NCBI GenBank assembly: GCA_017541805.1
Contig: JAFXYK010000061.1
Location: forward strand, 5,674-69,673
From: Paludibacteraceae bacterium
GTDB lineage: Bacteria > Bacteroidota > Bacteroidia > Bacteroidales > Paludibacteraceae
Length of the DNA: 64,000 nucleotides
Direction: 5' to 3'
The notes under the pieces were generated by a model. It was not told the origin of the DNA. It did not search any database and worked only from the letters and a program-made list of their open reading frames with translations. The position numbers and the translations under genes are program-made. Below, in pieces: positions 45,654-54,154 of this stretch; position 1 is the first letter of the stretch, and the number at the start of each line of letters is the position of its first letter.

Positions 45654-47027
45654 ATGAAAAAATCAATCTTTCTTTTTATCATTTTGGTTTGTGCGATGAG
45701 TGCGCAAGCAGTTGAGTACTTTAGATACACTAACGCAGAGGGTGTAGAACTAAGGTATCGTATTATCAATTCAAAGGAAGTGGCAGTAACTCCTGACATT
45801 ACTACCAGTTCTTGGGACAGCACCACGGTTAATTATCCAAACATTCTATGTGATAGTATTCGTATACCGGACACGGTAGAATATAATGGTAATTCTTACA
45901 TGGTTATTGGTATTGACAACAATTCTTTTGCCTGTGTGAAAAATGTAAAAAAGGTAATACTCCCGAAAACCATTCGTTCTGCTCCATCATTGGCATTTAA
46001 TTACATTTCAGGAATAGAAGAAATTATTGTGGACGAAGAAAATCCGTATTATACAACAGTAAATGGTGTTATGTATACCAAGGATATGAAATGTCTAACT
46101 GCTTATCCTTCTGCGAAGCCTGACTCCGTATTTATAGTGCCGGAAGGTCCACAATCCGTAGGTATGTATGCTTTTACATTGTTAAGAAATTTAAAAGACA
46201 TCACGATGCCATTAACCTTAAAAACAATGGAAAATGGAGCAATGATTACCGGTAGTATTCAGCGCGCTGTATTTCAAGATAGTGTAACGATGTTTGAGTA
46301 TGGAGCATGTTCTTTGTACGAAGCGGAAGAAATCGTGTTGGGCAACAGCGTAGATACATTTAATTCGCCAATAATTGCATTTTCCAAACCGATAACATTA
46401 ACTTGCCGCACAATAACACCGCCTTACTTCCCATTACAATCAGCAGCAGGTTCCCATCTTGGTGAATCAGAGTTGCGTGTCCCCATGCAAAGTGTTGCTG
46501 CTTATCAGCAAGCCGAAGGATGGAAATTATTTGGCAACATTGTATCTATCGAGCCGCCTATAGTAACCGGTTTGGATAATGTGCAAGTGTCGTGGGTGCA
46601 AAATTTCTCTGCAACGGGCTATGTCTGGACGCTTTATACGGACGAGGCGCATACACAGCGGTATATGACGCTTACCTTTGATGCAAACGGACATTTGACA
46701 GGTATTGACTTGGCGGGGAATCAAGCACCAGCACGTGTACCGGCTTTGTATGAAGAGGACGAAGAAGAAGCAACGCAATTCGCAGAATATTACTCGTTTA
46801 CGATTACAGGTCTCTCTGCGAACACGACCTATTATTTCGTCCGCCAGAGCCTGAACGGAACAGATGTTATTGACGAGGAAAACGGTACATTTGAAACACT
46901 ATCCAGTACTGAGGCTGTTGAAAAAATCAACGATGCCTCTGCTCCCATAAAAGTCATCAGCAACGGTGGTATATTTATTAAACAAGGTGATAAAACCTAT
47001 ACTCTCCAAGGTCAAGAGGTAAGATGA
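45654..47027 (+). CDS. Secreted BspA-type leucine-rich-repeat surface protein
   Basis: Signal peptide MKKSIFLFIILVCAMSAQA. Repeated ..IPDTV..IG..AF..C..L..I.LP.. LRR_5-like units. A Fn3-like C-terminal region and the shared C-terminal tail. Confidence 0.7.
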   Translation: MKKSIFLFIILVCAMSAQAVEYFRYTNAEGVELRYRIINSKEVAVTPDITTSSWDSTTVNYPNILCDSIRIPDTVEYNGNSYMVIGIDNNSFACVKNVKKVILPKTIRSAPSLAFNYISGIEEIIVDEENPYYTTVNGVMYTKDMKCLTAYPSAKPDSVFIVPEGPQSVGMYAFTLLRNLKDITMPLTLKTMENGAMITGSIQRAVFQDSVTMFEYGACSLYEAEEIVLGNSVDTFNSPIIAFSKPITLTCRTITPPYFPLQSAAGSHLGESELRVPMQSVAAYQQAEGWKLFGNIVSIEPPIVTGLDNVQVSWVQNFSATGYVWTLYTDEAHTQRYMTLTFDANGHLTGIDLAGNQAPARVPALYEEDEEEATQFAEYYSFTITGLSANTTYYFVRQSLNGTDVIDEENGTFETLSSTEAVEKINDASAPIKVISNGGIFIKQGDKTYTLQGQEVR

Positions 47028-47089
47028 AAGCGAAGTGGGTGAGTATAGTGGATAGTTAACTAAAGTATAATCATAATCAGTCTTCACTC

Positions 47090-47133
47090 GGCAACGACAC
47101 GGCAACGACACGGCATCGACGTATGACGTCACT
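47090..47133. repeat. 11-nt array, 4 units (GGCAACGACAC x2, GGCATCGACGT, ATGACGTCACT), containing the TGACGTCA palindrome
   Basis: Direct reading. TGACGTCA lies at 47124-47131. Confidence 0.8.
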
Positions 47134-47173
47134 ACAATGTTAGTACAATAATCAACCCAAATTACAAGCAAAT

Positions 47174-47506
47174 ATGGCACAAGCGGAACTCAATATCGCA
47201 ATTGACAAAATGTCCGGCAAAATCTATGGAGAAAGCGATGTGTATATTACCCATCGTTACGGCAAAACGGTCATTTCTCATTACCCCAAACATCGGGATC
47301 CTAATTCTCTCACGCCTCATCAGCGTGACCTAAACACCTCTTTCGCCCAACTGTCCAAACAGGCAAAACTTGAACTTGCTGATCCCGAAAAACGTGCCGC
47401 TTGGCAGCAACGATATGACGAATATAAAGCCAAATATAATCCGGCAGACAAATACTATTTCACCCTCCGTGGCTTTGTCATCGCCCAATTGAAAAAATCG
47501 GAGTAA
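47174..47506 (+). CDS. Hypothetical 110-aa basic protein
   Basis: ATG-initiated ORF with no signal peptide: MAQAELNIAIDKMSGKIYGESDVYITHRYGKTVISHYPKHRDPNSLTPHQRD... No family recognised. Confidence 0.45.
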   Translation: MAQAELNIAIDKMSGKIYGESDVYITHRYGKTVISHYPKHRDPNSLTPHQRDLNTSFAQLSKQAKLELADPEKRAAWQQRYDEYKAKYNPADKYYFTLRGFVIAQLKKSE

Positions 47507-47590
47507 GTCTCATCTGCCTATCCAGACATATTTCGCAAGAATCCGCTTTATAATAAAAATTTGGTTCATATAATAAAATTTTAATATGCA

Positions 47591-49267
47591 ATGAATAATA
47601 CATCTTTCTTGAAACCCCTGATCATCAGCTGTATGTTGACTTGGGCAATTATGGCAATGGCGCAACAAACAACGTATAAGCCAGACTCACGGTACATATG
47701 TCCGGCAAACGGGACGATGACGCAATTAGCAAGGCCGGATTATGATCACAACAACCATTCTTTTTACATCTGTACGTCAGAAGGAAAAGTAGGAGTAGTG
47801 GATGAGCGTAAGTTAGTTGTTATTCCTATTGAATATGATGAAATAAAACGCATTAATTCTAATTATTGCCTTATTAGAAAGGATGACAAATGGGGAGTAA
47901 TAACTCAGTACGGAGAATTTGTATTGCCTCCGGTACTTGAATCTGTCTCCTATAGTTCGGCAGGCTTTACATTATCTGACGGTGATGGTTCTCCTATTAC
48001 TGTGGAAGACGATTTGTTGCATTTTGACTCTGATTTAAGAAAAGTTGCGGCACTGCTTTCTATGCATTTTAAATGGGGTAATGCATTTGTCTTGAGAATG
48101 GATAACACTACCAAGGCTATACCTGTGGATGAATTCTGGACATCGGGCGAGTTCCATGATGGACTTATGCCTGTTTGGGATAAGAATAGCAAGAAACTAG
48201 GCTTTCTTAATACCCAAGGAGAATGGGCTGTTCCAATCAGTATTCCTCATGACAGATTGTTTAATGAGAATTTTGCGTTCAATGGTGGTTATTTGGTTCT
48301 TGAGCATGCCGGACGCTATAAGATATATAATAAGAAGGGACAGGTTCTATGGAGCCAGGTATTCGAAGCGGGAAATTCCAAATATACTCTCTCGAATTAT
48401 GTCAAAGGCGGATATGCGTTACTTTGCATCCAATCGGCTAACCGGACGCAGTGGAAATATGTGTCATCCAACGGCACACCGATGTTCCCTGAGGTTTTTG
48501 GAACAAAAACATACCAGATGCCTTATGGAAGGATAAATGAATTTGTCCGTCCTATGTGCGATGAGATGGTTGCTTTTCCAGATTTTAGTACCAGCGAACA
48601 TCGGTGGGGGTTCTTTGACAAGAATGGAAAGGTTATTGCGAGAGGCAAGTATGCAAACGTGCATGATTTCCAAGAAGGCTTAGCGGCTGTACAAATGCCG
48701 GAAGGTGGGGAGAATCCTAATAAATGGGGCTTCATTGACAAAACGGGTAATATGGTTATTCCTGCCAGATTTAGCAACGAGCCGGGGGATTTCTCGGAAG
48801 GTCTGGCTGTGGTTACAAAAACGAATGGACTGAAAGTGTATATTAATAAAAATGGAGAGGTGGTAAGTCCGGAATATTCTAATGCGCAGCCATTTGTTAA
48901 CGGAATAGCTTTTATGGAGGTTTATAATGGATACACATCAGAATATTATGCCTTGGACCATTCTTTCAATGTGGTTAATTTCCTCTTGCCAAGTCAACTT
49001 TTTACTCCGGAGACACGTGCACAGATATTAGAAACGGCTAAAAATCCGAACCGCCCAGCCCGCGATGTGTTTTTTTATCCTGGTTACAATATTAGTCAAT
49101 TGGTTAATTACCGCGGTGACTTGTATTTTGTGTGGTCTGACAACATTACGACAATTAATTCGATAACGGATGGCGTGGTTCATGTATCTTACGGAGAAAG
49201 ACAGAGCGATTTTTATTGTGACACTACAGGAAAAATATTGTTTTACATGACTAGAAATGAGTTCTAA
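47591..49267 (+). CDS. WG-repeat (KWG) protein, secreted
   Basis: Signal peptide, then repeated units KWGVITQYGEFVLPP, RWGFFDKNGKVIARGKY, KWGFIDKTGNMVIPARF, each followed by F.EGLA.V. Confidence 0.75.
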   Translation: MNNTSFLKPLIISCMLTWAIMAMAQQTTYKPDSRYICPANGTMTQLARPDYDHNNHSFYICTSEGKVGVVDERKLVVIPIEYDEIKRINSNYCLIRKDDKWGVITQYGEFVLPPVLESVSYSSAGFTLSDGDGSPITVEDDLLHFDSDLRKVAALLSMHFKWGNAFVLRMDNTTKAIPVDEFWTSGEFHDGLMPVWDKNSKKLGFLNTQGEWAVPISIPHDRLFNENFAFNGGYLVLEHAGRYKIYNKKGQVLWSQVFEAGNSKYTLSNYVKGGYALLCIQSANRTQWKYVSSNGTPMFPEVFGTKTYQMPYGRINEFVRPMCDEMVAFPDFSTSEHRWGFFDKNGKVIARGKYANVHDFQEGLAAVQMPEGGENPNKWGFIDKTGNMVIPARFSNEPGDFSEGLAVVTKTNGLKVYINKNGEVVSPEYSNAQPFVNGIAFMEVYNGYTSEYYALDHSFNVVNFLLPSQLFTPETRAQILETAKNPNRPARDVFFYPGYNISQLVNYRGDLYFVWSDNITTINSITDGVVHVSYGERQSDFYCDTTGKILFYMTRNEF

Positions 49268-49290
49268 GAGCGCATGACAATGAAGATTCT

Positions 49291-49322
49291 CTTGCATATA
49301 TCAGAAAAAAGCAGTACCTTTG
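49291..49322 (+). promoter_or_regulatory. Candidate promoter for the dsbD-like gene
   Basis: CTTG-N20-TACCTTTG. The cassette is CTTGCATATATCAGAAAAAAGCAGTACCTTTGCGG. Confidence 0.55.
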
Positions 49323-49364
49323 CGGGTCGCAAAGAATAGTGATCATTAACGATAATAACGACGT

Positions 49365-51011
49365 ATGAAAAGAATAGTAAGCATATTATTAGTTATAGTA
49401 CCGCTTTTTGTGGTAGCGCAAATTCAGCAGCCGGTGAAATGGAGCGGAGAGGAAATAGGGGACAGTGTGCGCTGTACCGCAATGATAGAACCGGGATGGC
49501 ATATGACATTGATTTCTGTAGGTGAACAGGGGATAGGAGAAGATATATATGAGACTCCTTATCATATGATGATCGGCAAAACGGAGAAGATTCGTTTTAC
49601 AGCCTGCAATGATGTCAACTGCCTATCTCCGGAAGTATGGGGATGGGATGGGCTTGCTGATCAGAATTCAACTGTTCATAATCAACCTTCAGCTGTCAGC
49701 AGTCCGTTATCATCTGTCAGTAGTCAGTTATCCGAGCATAATGTGCATAAGTGGGAATTTACTAACGAGAGGTCTATCTGGTGGATATTTGTGCTGGGAT
49801 TATTAGGTGGCTTGATCGCTATCTTCACTCCATGTGTATGGCCGATTATTCCGATGACTGTATCGTTTTTCCTCAAACGCACGGATAATGGTTTGCGTAA
49901 TGCTGCGTTATATGGGCTGAGCATAATCATATTATATGTCGGTTTGGGCCTATTAGTAACAATACTATTTGGCGCTTCTGCTCTGAATGATTTGAGCACC
50001 AACGCTGTTGTGAATATTATATTCTTTGTAATTTTAGTGCTATTCGCACTATCTTTCTTTGGCTTGTTCGAAATTACACTGCCGGACAGTTGGTCCACCA
50101 AACTAGATAGTAAAGCCCGTTCTACAGGTGGGTTTTTGAGCATATTGTTCATGGCTTTCACGCTGGTAATCGTCTCTTTCTCCTGCACCGGTCCAATCAT
50201 AGGCACTTTGCTTGTCGAGGCGGCAGGAAAGAGTCTGTTGGCACCGGCTATCGGTATGTTAGGTTTTGCCGTTGCTTTGGCTTTACCGTTCTCGCTGTTT
50301 GCTTTGTTCCCGCAGTGGCTCAAAAGGGCACCGAAATCCGGAGACTGGATGACGAGTTTCAAAGTGGTTTTGGCGTTCCTTGAGTTGGCACTCTCGCTGA
50401 AATTTTTAAGCGTGGCGGACATGGCGTACGGATGGGGAATATTACCTCGCTGGCTGTTTATCGCGATATGGATTGGCTGTTTTGCAGGTATCGGCATCTA
50501 CCTGTTATGGCGGATACATAAAGTGAATTGGTTACGTCGTGCGATTCGTTCGCTGATCATCATTCCTTCCTTTGCTTTCGCCGGCTATCTCGTGCCCGGT
50601 CTATGGGGCGCACCGGTCAAGGTGATCAGTGCTTTTGCTCCTCCGATGAAGATAGAAGGGCTGGATGTATTCCATGATTTCGAGCAAGGATTGGCGTACG
50701 CCAAACAGGAGCACAAACCTGTTATCGTCGATTTCACCGGGTATGGATGTGTCAACTGCCGTAAGATGGAGGCGTATGTGTTGGATGACGCACGCGTCAA
50801 AGCGCGACTGCAGAGATATGTGTTCATCGAGTTGTTCGTGGATGCAAAGCAAGACGGTATAGGTGACAAAAACAGCCGTCTGCAACGGGAGTTATTCGGC
50901 TCCAACGCCCAGCCGTACTATGTGCAGTTAGATGCCGACGGCCGGCAAATAGCGGAACCGATGGCGTTTACCACCGACCCGAATGAGTTTATGAATTGGT
51001 TATTGTATTAA
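49365..51011 (+). CDS. dsbD: Thiol:disulfide interchange protein, DsbD family
   Basis: The central CcdA-like TM core has FTPCVWPIIP and SFSCTGPIIG. The C-terminal thioredoxin fold has DFTGYGCVNCRKME. Confidence 0.8.
   Translation: MKRIVSILLVIVPLFVVAQIQQPVKWSGEEIGDSVRCTAMIEPGWHMTLISVGEQGIGEDIYETPYHMMIGKTEKIRFTACNDVNCLSPEVWGWDGLADQNSTVHNQPSAVSSPLSSVSSQLSEHNVHKWEFTNERSIWWIFVLGLLGGLIAIFTPCVWPIIPMTVSFFLKRTDNGLRNAALYGLSIIILYVGLGLLVTILFGASALNDLSTNAVVNIIFFVILVLFALSFFGLFEITLPDSWSTKLDSKARSTGGFLSILFMAFTLVIVSFSCTGPIIGTLLVEAAGKSLLAPAIGMLGFAVALALPFSLFALFPQWLKRAPKSGDWMTSFKVVLAFLELALSLKFLSVADMAYGWGILPRWLFIAIWIGCFAGIGIYLLWRIHKVNWLRRAIRSLIIIPSFAFAGYLVPGLWGAPVKVISAFAPPMKIEGLDVFHDFEQGLAYAKQEHKPVIVDFTGYGCVNCRKMEAYVLDDARVKARLQRYVFIELFVDAKQDGIGDKNSRLQRELFGSNAQPYYVQLDADGRQIAEPMAFTTDPNEFMNWLLY
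49690..49731. repeat. Tandem 21-nt duplication (3 x 7 nt each) in the dsbD linker
   Basis: CAGCTGTCAGCAGTCCGTTAT / CATCTGTCAGTAGTCAGTTAT. It encodes SAVSSPL SSVSSQL. Confidence 0.8.
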
Positions 51012-51015
51012 AGAT

Positions 51016-52653
51016 ATGAAAAAACTATTCTCTTTCATCGCCGTGATGGCGGTATCTATGTCCCTTTCCGCCCAATTGGCTTGGGACACGGAGTTTACAA
51101 AAGATGATTTCAACAACGCGCAAACCGTTATATCCAAGTCGGAAAACGTCAGTTTTGACAATCCCGTATTAGGAATAGGTGGCGGTTTGAAAATAGGTAA
51201 GCTTGTTATTCTCGGCAGTGCGTACGAAGATGAGTGTGTGATCGCACTCAGCCAGGTGGGCATCCCGGAGACGCTCAGTTTTGCATGGCAAGGCGGCAGT
51301 AACGGTTCATTCAGTGTGTACCAATCCACCGACCATAATAACTGGTCGCTCGTGCTGACCAAAGAAGGTAACACGATCTCAACGGACACTGAGGAGAGTG
51401 TTACTTTAGCGACCAACACACGCTATTTGAAATTCTACGCGAGCGCCAAGACCGCTGTCGCTTTCCGCAAGATCAAAGTGACCGAACTCAAGAGCCTGAG
51501 TGCGAGCACAGACGAGTGGCCGTTTGGTACGGCTATGGTAGATGATGCGGATGGTGTGAAGAGTGTGGCGGTCAATTGGACGAATATCGTCGCTCAGGTG
51601 AGTTCCACCGACCCGCATTTCTCCGCATCCCTCACGACGATAGGTCAGAAGAACCAGATTAACCAGACGACGCAACTCAATATCATCTATTCGCACAGCG
51701 AGGCGGGTAAGCACAGCGGTGAGATTGTTATTGCCGGTGAAGGCAAGGAGGTACGTATTGTTGTTTCCGGAGAGACGAAGAAATATGACCAGACGCTCAC
51801 TTGGATCCAGACGTTGGATGAGTGCGCAACGACAGACAAGATCCTGCTCAATGCGTTCACTTCGTCGGGTCTGCCGGTCGTTTATGAGAGTTCGGATTCC
51901 ACGGTGGCGTATGTAGAGGAAGGTGTGGTGCAGATCGTCTGCGCCGGTGAAGTTACTTTGACAGCCACTCAGCCCGGTAACTACAAATACAATGCAGCCG
52001 AACCGATCGCCAAGAGTTTAGTGATCCGCAAAGCCGATCCGATGATAGGTGTGACGGTGGACGACCTGACGTACGGTCAGCCCTTAAGTGCCGCCGTGAT
52101 CCACGAGACGCTGGGACAGTTGACGGGTTCGTTTGCATGGCAGGATATAGCGGTAGATACGCTGTTGGATGCCGGCAACTATGCGCTGACCTTGCTTTTC
52201 ACGCCGGATGATGCATGTGTGTACAACACACGTCAACTGCAGGTAGCGGTTCATGTGAATAAAGCAGTACAAACCATCCTCTGGGAGGGGCAAGAGACGG
52301 CACTGACCGTAGGGACACCGGTTCCTTCGACGGCTATTCTCTCGTCCGGGCTGCCTATCACGTACGCTTATACGGAGTGTCTGCTGTCGATCGAGGATGG
52401 TATCATCTTGCCGGAGAACGAAGGAGAAGTGACGGTGGTGGCCTACCATCCCGGCAATCACAACTACCTGCCTACAACGGTCATTATGACGATCTTTACG
52501 ATTGAGGCGTCATCCGGTGATGAGACGGACGTAGAGCAACTGTCGGCAGAACAACAGCGCGCCGCCCGTAAGTTCATGCACGCCGGGCAAGTATATATGC
52601 ACTATGCCGGTAGGGTATATGACGCGCAAGGCAAACTGATCAAAGATTTTTAA
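51016..52653 (+). CDS. Secreted surface protein with Ig-like / MBG-type domains
   Basis: Signal peptide MKKLFSFIAVMAVSMSLSAQ. ..DDLTYGQPLSAAV....G.FAWQD....LDAGNY.L.L.FTPDD is MBG-like. It carries the shared C-terminal tail. Confidence 0.55.
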   Translation: MKKLFSFIAVMAVSMSLSAQLAWDTEFTKDDFNNAQTVISKSENVSFDNPVLGIGGGLKIGKLVILGSAYEDECVIALSQVGIPETLSFAWQGGSNGSFSVYQSTDHNNWSLVLTKEGNTISTDTEESVTLATNTRYLKFYASAKTAVAFRKIKVTELKSLSASTDEWPFGTAMVDDADGVKSVAVNWTNIVAQVSSTDPHFSASLTTIGQKNQINQTTQLNIIYSHSEAGKHSGEIVIAGEGKEVRIVVSGETKKYDQTLTWIQTLDECATTDKILLNAFTSSGLPVVYESSDSTVAYVEEGVVQIVCAGEVTLTATQPGNYKYNAAEPIAKSLVIRKADPMIGVTVDDLTYGQPLSAAVIHETLGQLTGSFAWQDIAVDTLLDAGNYALTLLFTPDDACVYNTRQLQVAVHVNKAVQTILWEGQETALTVGTPVPSTAILSSGLPITYAYTECLLSIEDGIILPENEGEVTVVAYHPGNHNYLPTTVIMTIFTIEASSGDETDVEQLSAEQQRAARKFMHAGQVYMHYAGRVYDAQGKLIKDF

Positions 52654-52664
52654 ACATTGAAGCT

Positions 52665-53426
52665 ATGAGATATGACACAAAGCGTCCGAAGGAGAAAGAG
52701 ATGATCTTTGGTGTTCGGGCGGTGATGGAGGCTATTGATGCCTGCAAGGTGCTGGACAAAGTGCTGGTTCGCCGCGATATGAGTTCGGCGATAGGTCGTG
52801 AGTTATTGCTCAAACTGGAAGGCACCGGTACGCAGATTCAACGGGTGCCGCTGGAGAAGTTGAACCAGTTCACGGATAAGAACCATCAAGGCGTGATCGC
52901 TTTCCTGAGTCCGATTGAGTTCTATCCGCTGGAGAACATCGTTGCCTCGCTGTACGACGAAGGCAAGGTGCCATTGCTGGTGATGCTGGACGGTGTGACC
53001 GACGTGCGTAACTTCGGTGCTATCGCCCGTACGTGTGTCTGCGCCGGTGTAGATGCACTGATTATCGGTACCCGCGGCAGTGCGGCTATCAACGGGGATG
53101 CCGTCAAAGCGTCTGCCGGTGCGCTGCACAGCCTGCCGATATGTAAGGTGGAGAATATGCAGAACGCGTTGCGTTATTTGCAAGAGAGCGGTTTGCGCCT
53201 CGTAGCGGCGACTGAACATACGGACCGTAACTACACAGAAGTGGATATGACGGTGCCGACCTGTATCGTGATGGGTTCGGAAGAGAAGGGTATCTATGAA
53301 GAGAACCTCAAACTCTGTACGGACCAGGTGCGTCTGCCAATGACTGGTGTGATCGAGAGTCTGAACGTGAGTGTAGCTGCCGGCGTATTTATCTACGAAG
53401 CGATAAGACAGCGGAGCTGTCAATGA
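52665..53426 (+). CDS. rlmB: 23S rRNA (guanosine-2'-O)-methyltransferase, RlmB/TrmH family
   Basis: IFGVRAVMEAI..LDGVTDVRNFGAIARTC..IVMGSEEKGI..P..G.IESLNVSVAAGVFIYE. Confidence 0.88.
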   Translation: MRYDTKRPKEKEMIFGVRAVMEAIDACKVLDKVLVRRDMSSAIGRELLLKLEGTGTQIQRVPLEKLNQFTDKNHQGVIAFLSPIEFYPLENIVASLYDEGKVPLLVMLDGVTDVRNFGAIARTCVCAGVDALIIGTRGSAAINGDAVKASAGALHSLPICKVENMQNALRYLQESGLRLVAATEHTDRNYTEVDMTVPTCIVMGSEEKGIYEENLKLCTDQVRLPMTGVIESLNVSVAAGVFIYEAIRQRSCQ

Positions 53427-53453
53427 TGTATTGATGTATTGATGTATTGATGG
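53422..53453. repeat. Octamer array, 4 units (AATGATGT ATTGATGT ATTGATGT ATTGATGG), spanning the rlmB stop and the RluA-family start
   Basis: Direct reading. Every unit contains TGATG. The first supplies the rlmB TGA (53424-53426) and the last supplies ATG 53450. Confidence 0.9.
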
Positions 53454-54154
53454 AAGTACTATACGAAGACAACCATATTATTGCTGTCAACAAGACTTGC
53501 AACGAGATTGTGCAGGGCGATAAGACCGGCGACACTCCGCTTTCGGAGATCGTGAAGGCGTATATCAAAGAGAAATACAATAAGCCCGGTGAGGTCTTTT
53601 TGGGAGTGACACACCGTCTGGATCGTCCGACGAGCGGGGTAGTTCTGTTCGCCCGAACGAGCAAAGCACTCACGCGATTGAATGCGATGTTCCAAGAAAA
53701 GTCGAGAGTGGAGAGTCGAGAGTCGAAAGCTATCAAAAAGACTTATTGGGCGATCGTGCAAGGCTGCCCGAAACAGCCCGAAGCAAGGCTTGAAAACTGG
53801 TTAGTTCGCAACGAACAGCAGAACAAGAGTTATATCGCAAAACCGAACGCAAAGGACGCGAAGAAGGCTATTTTGGATTATCGTATACTTGTTCGCGGAG
53901 AAAATTATACTTTATTAGAGGTTAACCTGGAGACCGGAAGACACCATCAGATACGCTGTCAGTTAGCAGCAATAGGCTGTCCGGTGAAGGGCGATTTGAA
54001 GTACGGCGCCAAGCGTAGCAATCCGGATGGAGGTATATGCCTGCATGCCCGCAAAATAGAATTTATTCACCCTGTAAGTAAAGAACATATATGTATCACA
54101 GCTCCTGTACCAAACGATTCTTTGTGGCAGCAACTCTCTGCCTCAGTTCACTAA
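53450..54154 (+). CDS. RluA-family pseudouridine synthase
   Basis: VLYEDNHIIAVNK..GVTHRLDRPTSGVVLFARTSKA..KTYWAIVQG..GRHHQIRCQLA. Confidence 0.88.
   Translation: MEVLYEDNHIIAVNKTCNEIVQGDKTGDTPLSEIVKAYIKEKYNKPGEVFLGVTHRLDRPTSGVVLFARTSKALTRLNAMFQEKSRVESRESKAIKKTYWAIVQGCPKQPEARLENWLVRNEQQNKSYIAKPNAKDAKKAILDYRILVRGENYTLLEVNLETGRHHQIRCQLAAIGCPVKGDLKYGAKRSNPDGGICLHARKIEFIHPVSKEHICITAPVPNDSLWQQLSASVH
53701..53728. repeat. Heptamer array, 4 units (GTCGAGA GTGGAGA GTCGAGA GTCGAAA), inside the RluA-family gene
   Basis: Direct reading. It encodes SRVESRESK. Confidence 0.85.

Noticed and set aside
44545-49364. Calling the A+T-rich islet a mobile element or prophage remnant
   Set aside because: I could find no integrase, transposase, flanking direct repeats or tRNA attachment site. 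It is reported only as a compositional islet.
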